Shown in pieces: positions 27,871 through 36,127 of a stretch of DNA of 64,000 nucleotides. Every line of letters begins with the position of its first letter. The stretch's first letter is position 1. The notes under the pieces were generated by a model. The model ran no database searches. It was not told the origin of the DNA and worked only from the letters and a program-made list of their open reading frames with translations. This DNA is from Collinsella sp. (GTDB lineage: Bacteria > Actinomycetota > Coriobacteriia > Coriobacteriales > Coriobacteriaceae). Made by a program: the position numbers and the translations under genes. The stretch is from positions 21,776 to 85,775 of the forward strand of contig DBFZQW010000171.1 in assembly GCA_048521445.1 (NCBI GenBank), in the 5' to 3' direction.

Positions 27871-28293
27871 TTGAGCGGAGTACCAGAGAGACTGAGGAAC
27901 CTGAGCGAGCGCGAGTTCTACAACACGGCCATCGAGCTGCGTGTGGAGGTGCTGGGCGTCGTCACGTCGAGCGCCATCCCGAAATCGCAGCGCTTCACGT
28001 TCGCCGTCCCGATGGCGGAGACTGCCCGCAGCGTCGTCTACAACATCATCAAGTCCGAGGCGTTCTACCCGAACACTGCCGAGAACGTAGCGGCACGCAA
28101 GCGCTACCTCACGCTGGCCGTCGCCGACTGCGAGCAGCTGTACCAGGATGTGCAGGCATACCTTGAGGTATACCGCCGAAAGGGAGACACGCAGCACGCT
28201 GGGGCATTCGAGCGCATGGCGGGACTCGTCGACTCCGAGATAAAGCTGCTCAAAGGCGCACGCAAGGGCGTTCGGCTGATCGGTGCGTGTTAG
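27871..28293 (+). CDS. avd: DGR accessory variability determinant (Avd-like four-helix bundle)
   Basis: 140-aa helical protein between VR and TR; IPKSQRFTF...RKRYLTLA pattern; GAAAGGAGG SD before TTG. Confidence 0.85.
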   Translation: MSGVPERLRNLSEREFYNTAIELRVEVLGVVTSSAIPKSQRFTFAVPMAETARSVVYNIIKSEAFYPNTAENVAARKRYLTLAVADCEQLYQDVQAYLEVYRRKGDTQHAGAFERMAGLVDSEIKLLKGARKGVRLIGAC

Positions 28294-28316
28294 AATGGAA
28301 GTACATCGTCCCTTGT

Positions 28317-28435
28317 TAACCGCTACAACTGGTGGCTCCGTTCCGTCGGTGGTGGCTCGTCTGCGAACGTTTGCTACGTCAACAACAACGGCAACGCCAA
28401 CTACAACGATGCCACGAACGACTGGATTCGCCCGC
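28317..28435 (+). ncRNA. DGR template repeat (TR)
   Basis: AAC-rich copy of VR (10 AAC codons, 27 adenines) between avd and RT. Confidence 0.95.
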
Positions 28436-28667
28436 GCGTGGGATTGCTCATACTCGCCAGACAGCCTCGCCGATGCGCGAGGCTCCGAGCACATGAGGAA
28501 GGAAGGGCCGACGTTCGGGCATGCGCCCGTAAAGACGCATCCCGCTGGGAGGGCAGTCCGCTCCTTGCATGGCCGCGAGCTTCGGCGCTCGACGCGGTTT
28601 CATTGCTCCTCCCTAAGCGGCCTGAGAACGCCGACGCCCATGGGCGCAGGCCGTGCGGGATGCCATC

Positions 28668-29879
28668 ATGAATAGCGACGAGCGCCGAAAGGCAAGGAGA
28701 GCCAGGCGCGATGCGAAAAGGGCCGCGAACAGGGCAAAACGCTGCGCGGCCCTCACCATTTCCGCTGCCGCCGACCTCGACAACATCCACGAGGCGGCAC
28801 GCGACGCCGCCAAGGGCGTCCGCTGGAAGGCAAGCGTCCAACGCTACATGATCCACTCCCTGCGCAACTCGCTCTACGCACGCCGGGACCTCCTGGCTGG
28901 CAACGACATCCGCAAGGGCTTCGTCCGGTTCCACGTCATCGAGCGTGGGAAGGACAGGGCGATAGCCGCCCCGCGGTTCTCCGAACGCGTGATACAGAAG
29001 GCCGTCACGAGGGCGGTCATGGCCCCGGCCATATGGCCGACTCTCACGCCGGGATGCGCGGCCAACATGCGCGGCAGGGGCACGGACTACGCCCTCATGC
29101 GCCTTAAGGGACAGCTCGCCGAGCATTACCGCAGGCACGGCACTGAGGGCTACGTCCTGCTCATGGATTTCTCCGACTACTTCGGGACAATCGATCACGG
29201 AACGGCGCTCGACCTCGTGAGGCGGACGCTCACAGACCAAGCCGCCATCGAGTTCATGCGTCTGCAGATAGAGGCGAACGGCAGGATCGGGCTTGGCCTC
29301 GGCAGCGAGCCGAACCAAGCGCTGGCTGTCGCCATACCGTCCCCGCTCGACTACCTCGGCGAACGTTGGCGCGGAATCGAGGCGTCTGGCCGATACATGG
29401 ACGACTCCTACTTCATAGCGCTCGACAAGGATACCCTCTGGCGGTTCCTCGACGCCGCACGCATCTTGTGCTCGTCTCTCGGAATCACCATCAACGAGAG
29501 GAAGACCAAAGTAGTGAAGCTCACGCGCGGGTTCACGTTCCTCAAGAAGCGATTCCGCTTCACAGAGTCTGGCAGGATTGTCGTGACGCCGATACCAAAA
29601 TCCCTCGCACGTGAGCGCAGGAAGTTGCGCGTACATTCACGTATGGTCGCAGATGGGAGTATGACGCTTGAGCAGGCGTACGTCTCCTACATGTCGTTCC
29701 GTGGGTCTCTTGAGCGGAAACGAGGCGACGGCAGGCCGAGGTTCCGTATGAACGTGCACCGGGTCGTGCGCGACTTCGACCGGCTGTTCATCGAGCTAGT
29801 CGTCGGTGCAAGCCAGTCTCACGCCACCGATACGATGCACGCGCATCAAGTAACAGAAAGGAGTCCGAATGGACACTAA
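28668..29879 (+). CDS. DGR reverse transcriptase
   Basis: LLMDFSDYFGTIDH, GLGLGSEPNQ, RYMDD and GFTFLK motifs; basic N-terminus; no intron maturase or endonuclease domain. Confidence 0.95.
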   Translation: MNSDERRKARRARRDAKRAANRAKRCAALTISAAADLDNIHEAARDAAKGVRWKASVQRYMIHSLRNSLYARRDLLAGNDIRKGFVRFHVIERGKDRAIAAPRFSERVIQKAVTRAVMAPAIWPTLTPGCAANMRGRGTDYALMRLKGQLAEHYRRHGTEGYVLLMDFSDYFGTIDHGTALDLVRRTLTDQAAIEFMRLQIEANGRIGLGLGSEPNQALAVAIPSPLDYLGERWRGIEASGRYMDDSYFIALDKDTLWRFLDAARILCSSLGITINERKTKVVKLTRGFTFLKKRFRFTESGRIVVTPIPKSLARERRKLRVHSRMVADGSMTLEQAYVSYMSFRGSLERKRGDGRPRFRMNVHRVVRDFDRLFIELVVGASQSHATDTMHAHQVTERSPNGH

Positions 29880-30189
29880 TGAGGAGCGTCCCGACATCGT
29901 GGACGACGGCACACAGGCTGAGGTGAACGCGCTGCGAAACCTGCTCTCGCAGCTGGGCGACCCAGACGCGGCCCATGAGGCGGGCGTCATCGACGACGAC
30001 TCGTACATCGAGCAGAAGGCCAAGAAGATGGCCTACACAGCGGCGCTTGCCGCCTACGACAGCGGTGCAGTGCCTGACGTGCAGACGCTTCTCGGTCAGA
30101 TGCGCGAGAAGGTTTCGCAGCCGACGCAGACCGAGCAGAACACGGCGAACATCGACTACCTGCTCATGACGGTCGGAGGTGACCAGTAA
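29869..30189 (+). CDS. Phage hypothetical protein (XkdW-like position)
   Basis: GAAAGGAG SD; ends QTEQNTANIDYLLM; precedes XkdX-like gene. Confidence 0.7.
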   Translation: MDTNEERPDIVDDGTQAEVNALRNLLSQLGDPDAAHEAGVIDDDSYIEQKAKKMAYTAALAAYDSGAVPDVQTLLGQMREKVSQPTQTEQNTANIDYLLMTVGGDQ

Positions 30190-30356
30190 TGCCGACTAAG
30201 AAAGCTGACGAGCACTCCAAGCACTTCGCACTCGTCAAGAAGTACTACGACCGATCTCTTTGGACCAAGGCGCGAGTACACAAGGCAGTCGAGTGCAAGT
30301 GGATTACCGTCGACGAGTACAAGGCAATTATCGGCGAGGAGTACACGGCCGAATAG
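30189..30356 (+). CDS. XkdX-family small phage protein (not in ORF track)
   Basis: MPTKKADEHSKHFALVKKYYDRSLWTKARVHKAVECKWITVDEYKAIIGEEYTAE*; GGAGGTG SD; TAATG overlap. Confidence 0.85.
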   Translation: MPTKKADEHSKHFALVKKYYDRSLWTKARVHKAVECKWITVDEYKAIIGEEYTAE

Positions 30357-30456
30357 GTGGAATTAGGCCGCTAAGGATGGAAGTGCTCAAACTCTTTGCG
30401 CCTTGCGGACCGACTTGGCCCGGCTGCGGCTTCTGAAAACAGAATCAATCTCTAAG

Positions 30457-30507
30457 AAATCCCAGACGTCTCACGTTGAATACCCGCGTGCCTCGTCTGG
30501 GATTTTT
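30457..30507 (+). terminator. Intrinsic terminator ending the tail/DGR transcript
   Basis: AAATCCCAGACG/CGTCTGGGATTT 12-bp stem plus T tract. Confidence 0.75.
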
Positions 30508-30601
30508 GGCACGCGCGATTTCCCTCGGCACAGCATTCTCAAGGTGACAGTGACCGATAGGCGTGCTATCGAGCGCCGGAAATACCTATGGGGATTGAGC
30601 T

Positions 30602-30916
30602 TTGACACAGGCATTCAACATCGACGAGGCCGCATCACTCGCAAGCGCCGTAATCGTGATACTCACCTTTTTCATCGGACGTATGCAGGGGAGTAAGTCG
30701 CGCTCCGCCAAGGAGCAGCACACCGATGACAAGCTCGACTCGCTTATCGAGTCGATGCGCGAGGTCACGTCCGGCATCAAGGAAATCAACCGCAAGCTCG
30801 ATGACCACGGCATCGCGATCGCAAAGCACACCGAGCAGATTGCGACGCTTTTCAGCCGCATAGACAGGCTTGAGCGCAACTGCGACATGCACAGGGGAGT
30901 AGGCGGTTCCGATTAG
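30602..30916 (+). CDS. Lysis-cassette membrane protein (one TM plus coiled coil)
   Basis: N-terminal TM, C-terminal LFSRIDRLE; precedes holin. Confidence 0.7.
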   Translation: MTQAFNIDEAASLASAVIVILTFFIGRMQGSKSRSAKEQHTDDKLDSLIESMREVTSGIKEINRKLDDHGIAIAKHTEQIATLFSRIDRLERNCDMHRGVGGSD

Positions 30917-30929
30917 AAAGGAAAAGACC

Positions 30930-31196
30930 ATGCGCATCAATTGGAAACTTCGACTCAAGAACAGGGCGACGCTGGCGGCACTCGCCACCACTGTACTCGC
31001 TTTCGTCTACCAGGTCTGCGGCATTTTCGGCATCGTGCCGCCCGTGACTCAGGACTCGCTGGCGCAGCTGGTGTGCATCGTCCTGAACGTCCTGGTCGCG
31101 CTCGGCGTGCTGACCGACCCGACCACAAGCGGGGTGTCCGACTCCGCGCGAGCGCTCGGATACGACGAACCCTACTCGACCAAGGAGGTCAAATGA
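30930..31196 (+). CDS. Holin (phi LC3-like)
   Basis: MRINWKLRLKN...LGVLTDPTTSGVSDS..ALGY motifs; two TM segments. Confidence 0.9.
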   Translation: MRINWKLRLKNRATLAALATTVLAFVYQVCGIFGIVPPVTQDSLAQLVCIVLNVLVALGVLTDPTTSGVSDSARALGYDEPYSTKEVK

Positions 31197-32335
31197 CAGA
31201 TTCCAAAGACGATATAGGTAGGCGCAGGGTAAGGCTCCGCAGCGCCATTGCCGTCGCCATCGCCCTTGTGGCGGCCCTTGCCGCCCCGTGCGGCGCGGAG
31301 GCATACCAGAGCGTCAATAAGTACGTATCTAATGGCCACGGCTACCTCAATGCGTCCTACCTCGTAATCCACGAGACGGCAAACCCGGGCGCGAGCGCAT
31401 ACAACCACACTTTGCTGTGGTCGCGCGATGACACCTACGCCGTGCATCACGTCATGGAGCTGGACGGCTCCACCGTCTACAACACCGTGCCCGAGAACCG
31501 CTTGTGCTGGCATGTCGGTAACGGCAATTACGCCACCATCGGCATCGAGCTTGCCCATGCCACAAATGCTTCTGACTTTGCAAAGCAGTGGAACGAAGCT
31601 GTGAAATGGGCGGGCGATGAACTCCGCGCACACGGCTGGGATACGTCCCGCCTCTTGAGCCACTATCAGGCGGCTCGTATCTGGGGCGGCAGCGATCACA
31701 CCGACCCGACCGGGTATTTCGCCAAGTACGGCAAGAGCTGGAATGAGTTCGTACAGGCGGTCGCTAGCTACTTGGGCAGCGGCTACATCGCGCCGACCGC
31801 GCCGACCGATGCCAACGGCGGCACGTATCAGCCCTCTTATTCTGCAACCCGTACCAAGTTCCCGAAGTCCACGGGCAAGAGCGTCAACATCCACTACGCG
31901 CTCCATAACCGCTACGGCGCGTGGAACGATGCCGTAACCAACTTCAATGACAGCAACAGCGAGGGCTTCGCTGGCATGCCCTACGGCTCCCATGACATGC
32001 TCATCGCTTGGGTGGATAGCGGCACTCTCCGCTATCGCGTCCACACGAAGGAGAGCGGTTGGTTGGATTGGGTGCAGACCGCCAATTACAACGATTCTGT
32101 AAATGGCATGGCTGGCATCTGGGGTCAGACCATCGACGGCGTCCAGATGTACTACATCACGCCCAACGGCGACTACAAGCAGGTCTACTACCGCTCTCAG
32201 GACGTCGCCCACGCTGGCTACTGGGACGAGGTCTGCGATAACGGCACGACCTACGGTGGCGATGACTACGCTGGCATGTGTGGCTACGCGCTCGATCGTC
32301 TCCAGTGCTACGTGTCCGACGGTACCCGCCGATGA
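31193..32335 (+). CDS. Endolysin, N-acetylmuramoyl-L-alanine amidase with signal peptide and ChW-like cell-wall-binding repeats
   Basis: LVIHETAN, WHVGNGN..IGIEL and SH...DHTDP amidase-2 motifs; YRVHTKESGWLDW repeats; AAGGAGGT SD. Confidence 0.9.
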   Translation: MTDSKDDIGRRRVRLRSAIAVAIALVAALAAPCGAEAYQSVNKYVSNGHGYLNASYLVIHETANPGASAYNHTLLWSRDDTYAVHHVMELDGSTVYNTVPENRLCWHVGNGNYATIGIELAHATNASDFAKQWNEAVKWAGDELRAHGWDTSRLLSHYQAARIWGGSDHTDPTGYFAKYGKSWNEFVQAVASYLGSGYIAPTAPTDANGGTYQPSYSATRTKFPKSTGKSVNIHYALHNRYGAWNDAVTNFNDSNSEGFAGMPYGSHDMLIAWVDSGTLRYRVHTKESGWLDWVQTANYNDSVNGMAGIWGQTIDGVQMYYITPNGDYKQVYYRSQDVAHAGYWDEVCDNGTTYGGDDYAGMCGYALDRLQCYVSDGTRR

Positions 32336-32433
32336 TGGGCATCGTCATTGCCTTTATCCTCGGCTCCACCGTCGGGAGCCTGATGTTCTTCTTGGCTCTG
32401 TGCATCATCGGCGCGTTCCGAGATAACGATTAA
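32332..32433 (+). CDS. 33-aa membrane peptide (not in ORF track)
   Basis: MMGIVIAFILGSTVGSLMFFLALCIIGAFRDND*; ATGA overlap with lysin stop. Confidence 0.6.
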   Translation: MMGIVIAFILGSTVGSLMFFLALCIIGAFRDND

Positions 32434-32479
32434 AATGTAGGCACACGAAAATCCAGCGTCGTGAGACGCAGGGTTTATA

Positions 32480-32518
32480 AAAGCCGTACCCCAATCACGG
32501 GATACGGCTTTAATTTTT
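32480..32518 (+). terminator. Terminator at end of lysis cassette
   Basis: AAAGCCGTA...TACGGCTTT stem with T-rich tail. Confidence 0.7.
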
Positions 32519-32537
32519 GGTCCCAATTTGGTCCCAA
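32516..32537. repeat. Tandem 11-bp repeat TTTGGTCCCAA (candidate integrase arm-type sites near attR)
   Basis: Two perfect adjacent copies at the prophage/host junction. Confidence 0.6.
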
Positions 32538-32662
32538 CGGTGCTTTTTAGGCAGTCTTACACGGCTTATGAAATGAATAATGCCTGTTGTGCTGCTTGTG
32601 TTTGCTTATTAAGGCATACGGGATAGAATATCCAAGATATTTTGACTGTTAGAAGGAGTCTC

Positions 32663-33970
32663 ATGACGGAGTCCTCTCAGCATACGCCTAAGCCCCAGGT
32701 CGAGGTTGAGGCCTCGGGCGGAGATGACAATAAGAGCGCACGCCGCGGCGCCATCTTTATCGGCGTCGTGCTGGTGGGTTATATCGTCTATCTGGTGGTA
32801 ACCGGGCAGATGGGGCAGTTCTGGGCCGCAATGTCGAGCGTCCAGGCGCCTTGGCTCGCTGCTGCATGCTTTTGCATGTTCCTGTACCTGTTCTTTGGCA
32901 TTGTGGCCTATGCGATCGCTGTCTGGCTCGACCCCAATTCACCCGTCGGCATTCGCGACCTCATTTCGGTCGAGGCGAGCGGCATCTTCTTTGGCAACCT
33001 CACACCTATGATGATGGGCTCGACTCCTGCTCAGATCTACCGCCTGACCAAGGCGGGCCAAAATGTCGGCGAGGCCGGAGCCACGCAATTCACGCGCTTT
33101 ATCGTGTATCAGTTTGGCCTCGTTGCCTGGGGCGCTATCCTACTGCTTGCTCGCATGCCGTTTTTTGCCGAGCGCTATGGCGACATGACGCTGCTGTGCG
33201 TCTTTAGCTTTGGTGGGCACTGCTGCATCTTGCTTGGCATCTTCGCCGTCGCGCTCATGCCTAAGACCGTCACGCGCGTCGCCCACTGCATCATCAATTG
33301 GCTTGAGCGCATTGGTGTCTCGGCCACTAGGATCGAGGGATGGCGCACGTTTGTCGATGGCGAGATCTACTCCTTCTCCGAGAAGTTCAAGCTTTCAGCC
33401 GGACATTTTTCTTCCATGCTGCTCACCGTGTTTATCACCATGCTGCAGCTCGCGTTTTTCTATCTGGTTCCGTATTTCCTAATGCTTGCCTTTGGCCACC
33501 ACGAGGTCGACTTTTTCTCGGTCATGGCCGCGAGCGCCTTTGTCCAGTTGCTGAGCTCTGCGGTCCCCTTGCCCGGTGGAACTGGTGGCGCTGAGGGCGG
33601 CTTTGCATTGTTCTTGGGTCATTTCTTTGGGTCGGCTTCGACCGCCGGCTATCTGCTGTGGCGTCTCATTACGTTTATTGCGCCGACCATTTTGGCTGCG
33701 CCCCTGCTGGGCCTTAAGAGCGCCCACAACGAGAGCATCCATGCGCGCTGGGATCGCGTGATGCGCAAACTCGGCCGCACGTCTCAGACGCCCTCTGCGC
33801 CCACTAAGCCGCACCCCGCGAATGCTGTTACCGTTGACCCCAAGAAGCACGCTCAGAAGGCTTCTGGGGCCGCTAAGCCGGCTCATAAAACCTATGTGCG
33901 CCAGACAGGCGACGGTATTCGCGTATCTCCGTCGGCGCTCAATAAGAAGAAGCACCCTAAGTCGCAGTAG
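32663..33970 (+). CDS. Lysylphosphatidylglycerol-synthase TM-domain (YbhN/flippase-like) membrane protein
   Basis: FFGNLTP..G, VPLPGGTGGAEGGF and LLWRLITF motifs; multiple TMs; AAGGAG SD. Confidence 0.85.
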   Translation: MTESSQHTPKPQVEVEASGGDDNKSARRGAIFIGVVLVGYIVYLVVTGQMGQFWAAMSSVQAPWLAAACFCMFLYLFFGIVAYAIAVWLDPNSPVGIRDLISVEASGIFFGNLTPMMMGSTPAQIYRLTKAGQNVGEAGATQFTRFIVYQFGLVAWGAILLLARMPFFAERYGDMTLLCVFSFGGHCCILLGIFAVALMPKTVTRVAHCIINWLERIGVSATRIEGWRTFVDGEIYSFSEKFKLSAGHFSSMLLTVFITMLQLAFFYLVPYFLMLAFGHHEVDFFSVMAASAFVQLLSSAVPLPGGTGGAEGGFALFLGHFFGSASTAGYLLWRLITFIAPTILAAPLLGLKSAHNESIHARWDRVMRKLGRTSQTPSAPTKPHPANAVTVDPKKHAQKASGAAKPAHKTYVRQTGDGIRVSPSALNKKKHPKSQ

Positions 33971-34086
33971 GGCAGTCGTGCGTTCTTCATGATGCGGGGC
34001 ATATTTGTGCTGCATGGGGGATAATCCTCTTACGTAGATTATCTCTCATCTGTTGATGAGTGCTCGCATATCGAAGGGACACGCCC

Positions 34087-34698
34087 ATGGCAACCAGCAA
34101 ACCGCGTCTTGACCGCCGCATCGTTCGCAGCCGCAATGCCATCCTTTCTGCTTTCGAGCGCCTGCTCATGGAAAAGCCGTTGGCAGACATTACGGTGAGT
34201 GCCATCGCGCGCGAGGCCAATGTCGACCGCAAGACCTTTTACGTTCACTTTGGTACGGTTGACGGCCTGCTCGATGCCATTGCCGTCGATGTTGTGGAGA
34301 TGATTGTCGACTCGGTCGAGAAAACACTTGCTTCCATGGACGGCGACACCAACGAGCGCGCCCTTGGCGCGGCGGCGACCTTCTTTAAAACCGTTAACGA
34401 GGCGCTGTGCAACAACCTCGTGCTCAATCGTCAGCTGATCGAGAATATTCCGCTCGATGATTTCATGGCTCGTCTTCGTGCGCCGCTCGAGCACGAGATT
34501 GCCGAGCGCGATCTGTTGCCCCAAGGTCTCAAGGACGAGATGTTCGATTACTATCTGGCGTTTTTGCTGTCGGGCATTATCGGTATCTATCGCACGTGGG
34601 CACTGTCTGACGGCTCGGTTCCTATTGAGCGTGTCTCTGAGGTCGCCAACGATCTGACTCTCAATGGTCTGTCGAGTCTGGAATCTCGCTTGGATTAG
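34087..34698 (+). CDS. TetR/AcrR-family regulator
   Basis: DRRIVRSR...ITVSAIAREANVDRKTFYVHF HTH. Confidence 0.95.
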   Translation: MATSKPRLDRRIVRSRNAILSAFERLLMEKPLADITVSAIAREANVDRKTFYVHFGTVDGLLDAIAVDVVEMIVDSVEKTLASMDGDTNERALGAAATFFKTVNEALCNNLVLNRQLIENIPLDDFMARLRAPLEHEIAERDLLPQGLKDEMFDYYLAFLLSGIIGIYRTWALSDGSVPIERVSEVANDLTLNGLSSLESRLD

Positions 34699-34810
34699 GC
34701 CTAGTTGGGCTCGTCGGCGTGGAAATTCCTGTTCACGAGGTTCTCCGGCGCCTTGTAGACCTCGCCGGCGCAGGAGCTGTAGCCTGAGGATCCTTAAAAG
34801 AAAGTTCAGT

Positions 34811-36127
34811 TTATCCTTCCCGCTCCAAATGGGAATCCTCCGATGCGCCTTCGCACGCTTGCATGACCTCGATACCATGCGAGCGTGCGAAGGCGACGAG
34901 CTCTGCGTTGCGGGCGTTTATGGTGCCGAAGGCGGCGGGGCACACAATAAGGCGCGCACAGTGGACGAGGAGCTCTTTGGCGCGGGCTATGGTTTTATCC
35001 CCGATCGGCTCGAAGGCGCGCTCGGCCACGCATTCCGTCGCCAGGTCGCGCGCGAGCTCGCAGTCGATGTCCCCTTCGTGCAGAACGCCCGCGTAGAACG
35101 CCTTGCCCTGCCGGATGAGCTGGCGAAACACAGCCGACCCCGTACCTGCGCCGGCGATGACGAACGTGTGCGCATCACCGTGTGGGCGCCCAATTTCCAC
35201 GCTGCCGAAGCGCTCGTTGAAGGTGCCATGCTGAAGGCCGTAGAGCTCGCCAATTGTCTCGCGCGTGAATATGTTCTCGGGTGCGCCGGCGCGGAAGACC
35301 CGGCCGTCCTTCACGCAAATCACCTTGTCGGCGCTTTTCTGCGCGAGCTCGAGTTCGTGGATGGACATGATGACAGCCACATTCCGCGATTTCGCAAGGT
35401 GGCGAAGTATTCGCAGCAGGTCGATCTGGTAGCGGATATCGAGATACGACGTGGGCTCGTCGAGCACGAGCACACGCGGATCCTGCGCGATGGCGCGTGC
35501 GAGCATGACGCGCTGGCGTTGCCCATCGCTTATCTGCATGAAGTCGCGCTCGGCGAGCTCTTCCACATGTGCGGTTTTCATTGCCTCGTCGACCCGACTA
35601 TGGTCGTCGGGCGAGAGTGTGCCCATTCGCCCGGTGTAGGGATGTCTTCCCGCCTCTACGATATCGCGGCAGGTGAGGAGCTCGGTCCGGGGGCGATCTG
35701 TCAGCATAACGGCAAGGTTCCTTGCGAACTCCGCCGTCTTCCATCGGGAAATCTCCCGTCCGTCGAGCTCGACCGCGCCGGCAAGCGGTGCAAGATGGCG
35801 TGTGATGGTTTTCAAGATGGTCGACTTGCCCGAGCCGTTCGGCCCGATGAGCGCCACGACGTCGCCCGCGCGAACCTCCAGATCGACACCTTCGACTACG
35901 ACCTTCTTGTCGTAGCCCGCCGACAGGTCGCTTATGCGGAAAAGCGGCGCTCCGTCAGCCTGCGTTTCGACCGGGGTTTCGAGGTTCGACTGCGCTCGGA
36001 GGAGGCGTTCCGCGCGCAGTTCCGCACGAGCCGAAAGTGCCTTCTGGCGCTTTCGTGCGAGCTCAGGACTGGCCAAGCATGGAATGTTCCCTCCGAGCGT
36101 TTTGGTCCGCGGCACGAATTCCCCCAT
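34811..36127 (-). CDS. Cobalamin/Fe-complex ABC transporter ATPase (start uncertain)
   Basis: GPNGSGKST, ISDGQRQR, LDEPTSYLD; C-terminal extension. Confidence 0.9.
   Translation of the reverse strand: MGEFVPRTKTLGGNIPCLASPELARKRQKALSARAELRAERLLRAQSNLETPVETQADGAPLFRISDLSAGYDKKVVVEGVDLEVRAGDVVALIGPNGSGKSTILKTITRHLAPLAGAVELDGREISRWKTAEFARNLAVMLTDRPRTELLTCRDIVEAGRHPYTGRMGTLSPDDHSRVDEAMKTAHVEELAERDFMQISDGQRQRVMLARAIAQDPRVLVLDEPTSYLDIRYQIDLLRILRHLAKSRNVAVIMSIHELELAQKSADKVICVKDGRVFRAGAPENIFTRETIGELYGLQHGTFNERFGSVEIGRPHGDAHTFVIAGAGTGSAVFRQLIRQGKAFYAGVLHEGDIDCELARDLATECVAERAFEPIGDKTIARAKELLVHCARLIVCPAAFGTINARNAELVAFARSHGIEVMQACEGASEDSHLEREG

Larger units (their letters stand above)
1..32540 (+). mobile_element. 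Integrated siphovirus-like prophage (right part; left end outside window, right boundary approximate)
   Basis: Ordered replication, terminase, portal, scaffold, capsid, tail, tape measure, holin and endolysin genes, followed by host housekeeping-type genes from 32663. Confidence 0.95.

Noticed and set aside
28283..28675. 130-aa ORF spanning TR
   Set aside because: Out of frame with the VR reading, low-complexity translation; the region is better explained as TR plus spacer RNA.
28668..29879. RT as a group II intron, retron or Abi RT
   Set aside because: No maturase or endonuclease extension and no interrupted gene; adjacent avd and an adenine-specific TR/VR pair identify a DGR.
30357..30456. 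Possible ncRNA between the XkdX-like gene and the terminator
   Set aside because: Only a weak CCGC-AAGG/CCTT-GCGG pairing in GC-rich DNA; not enough support.
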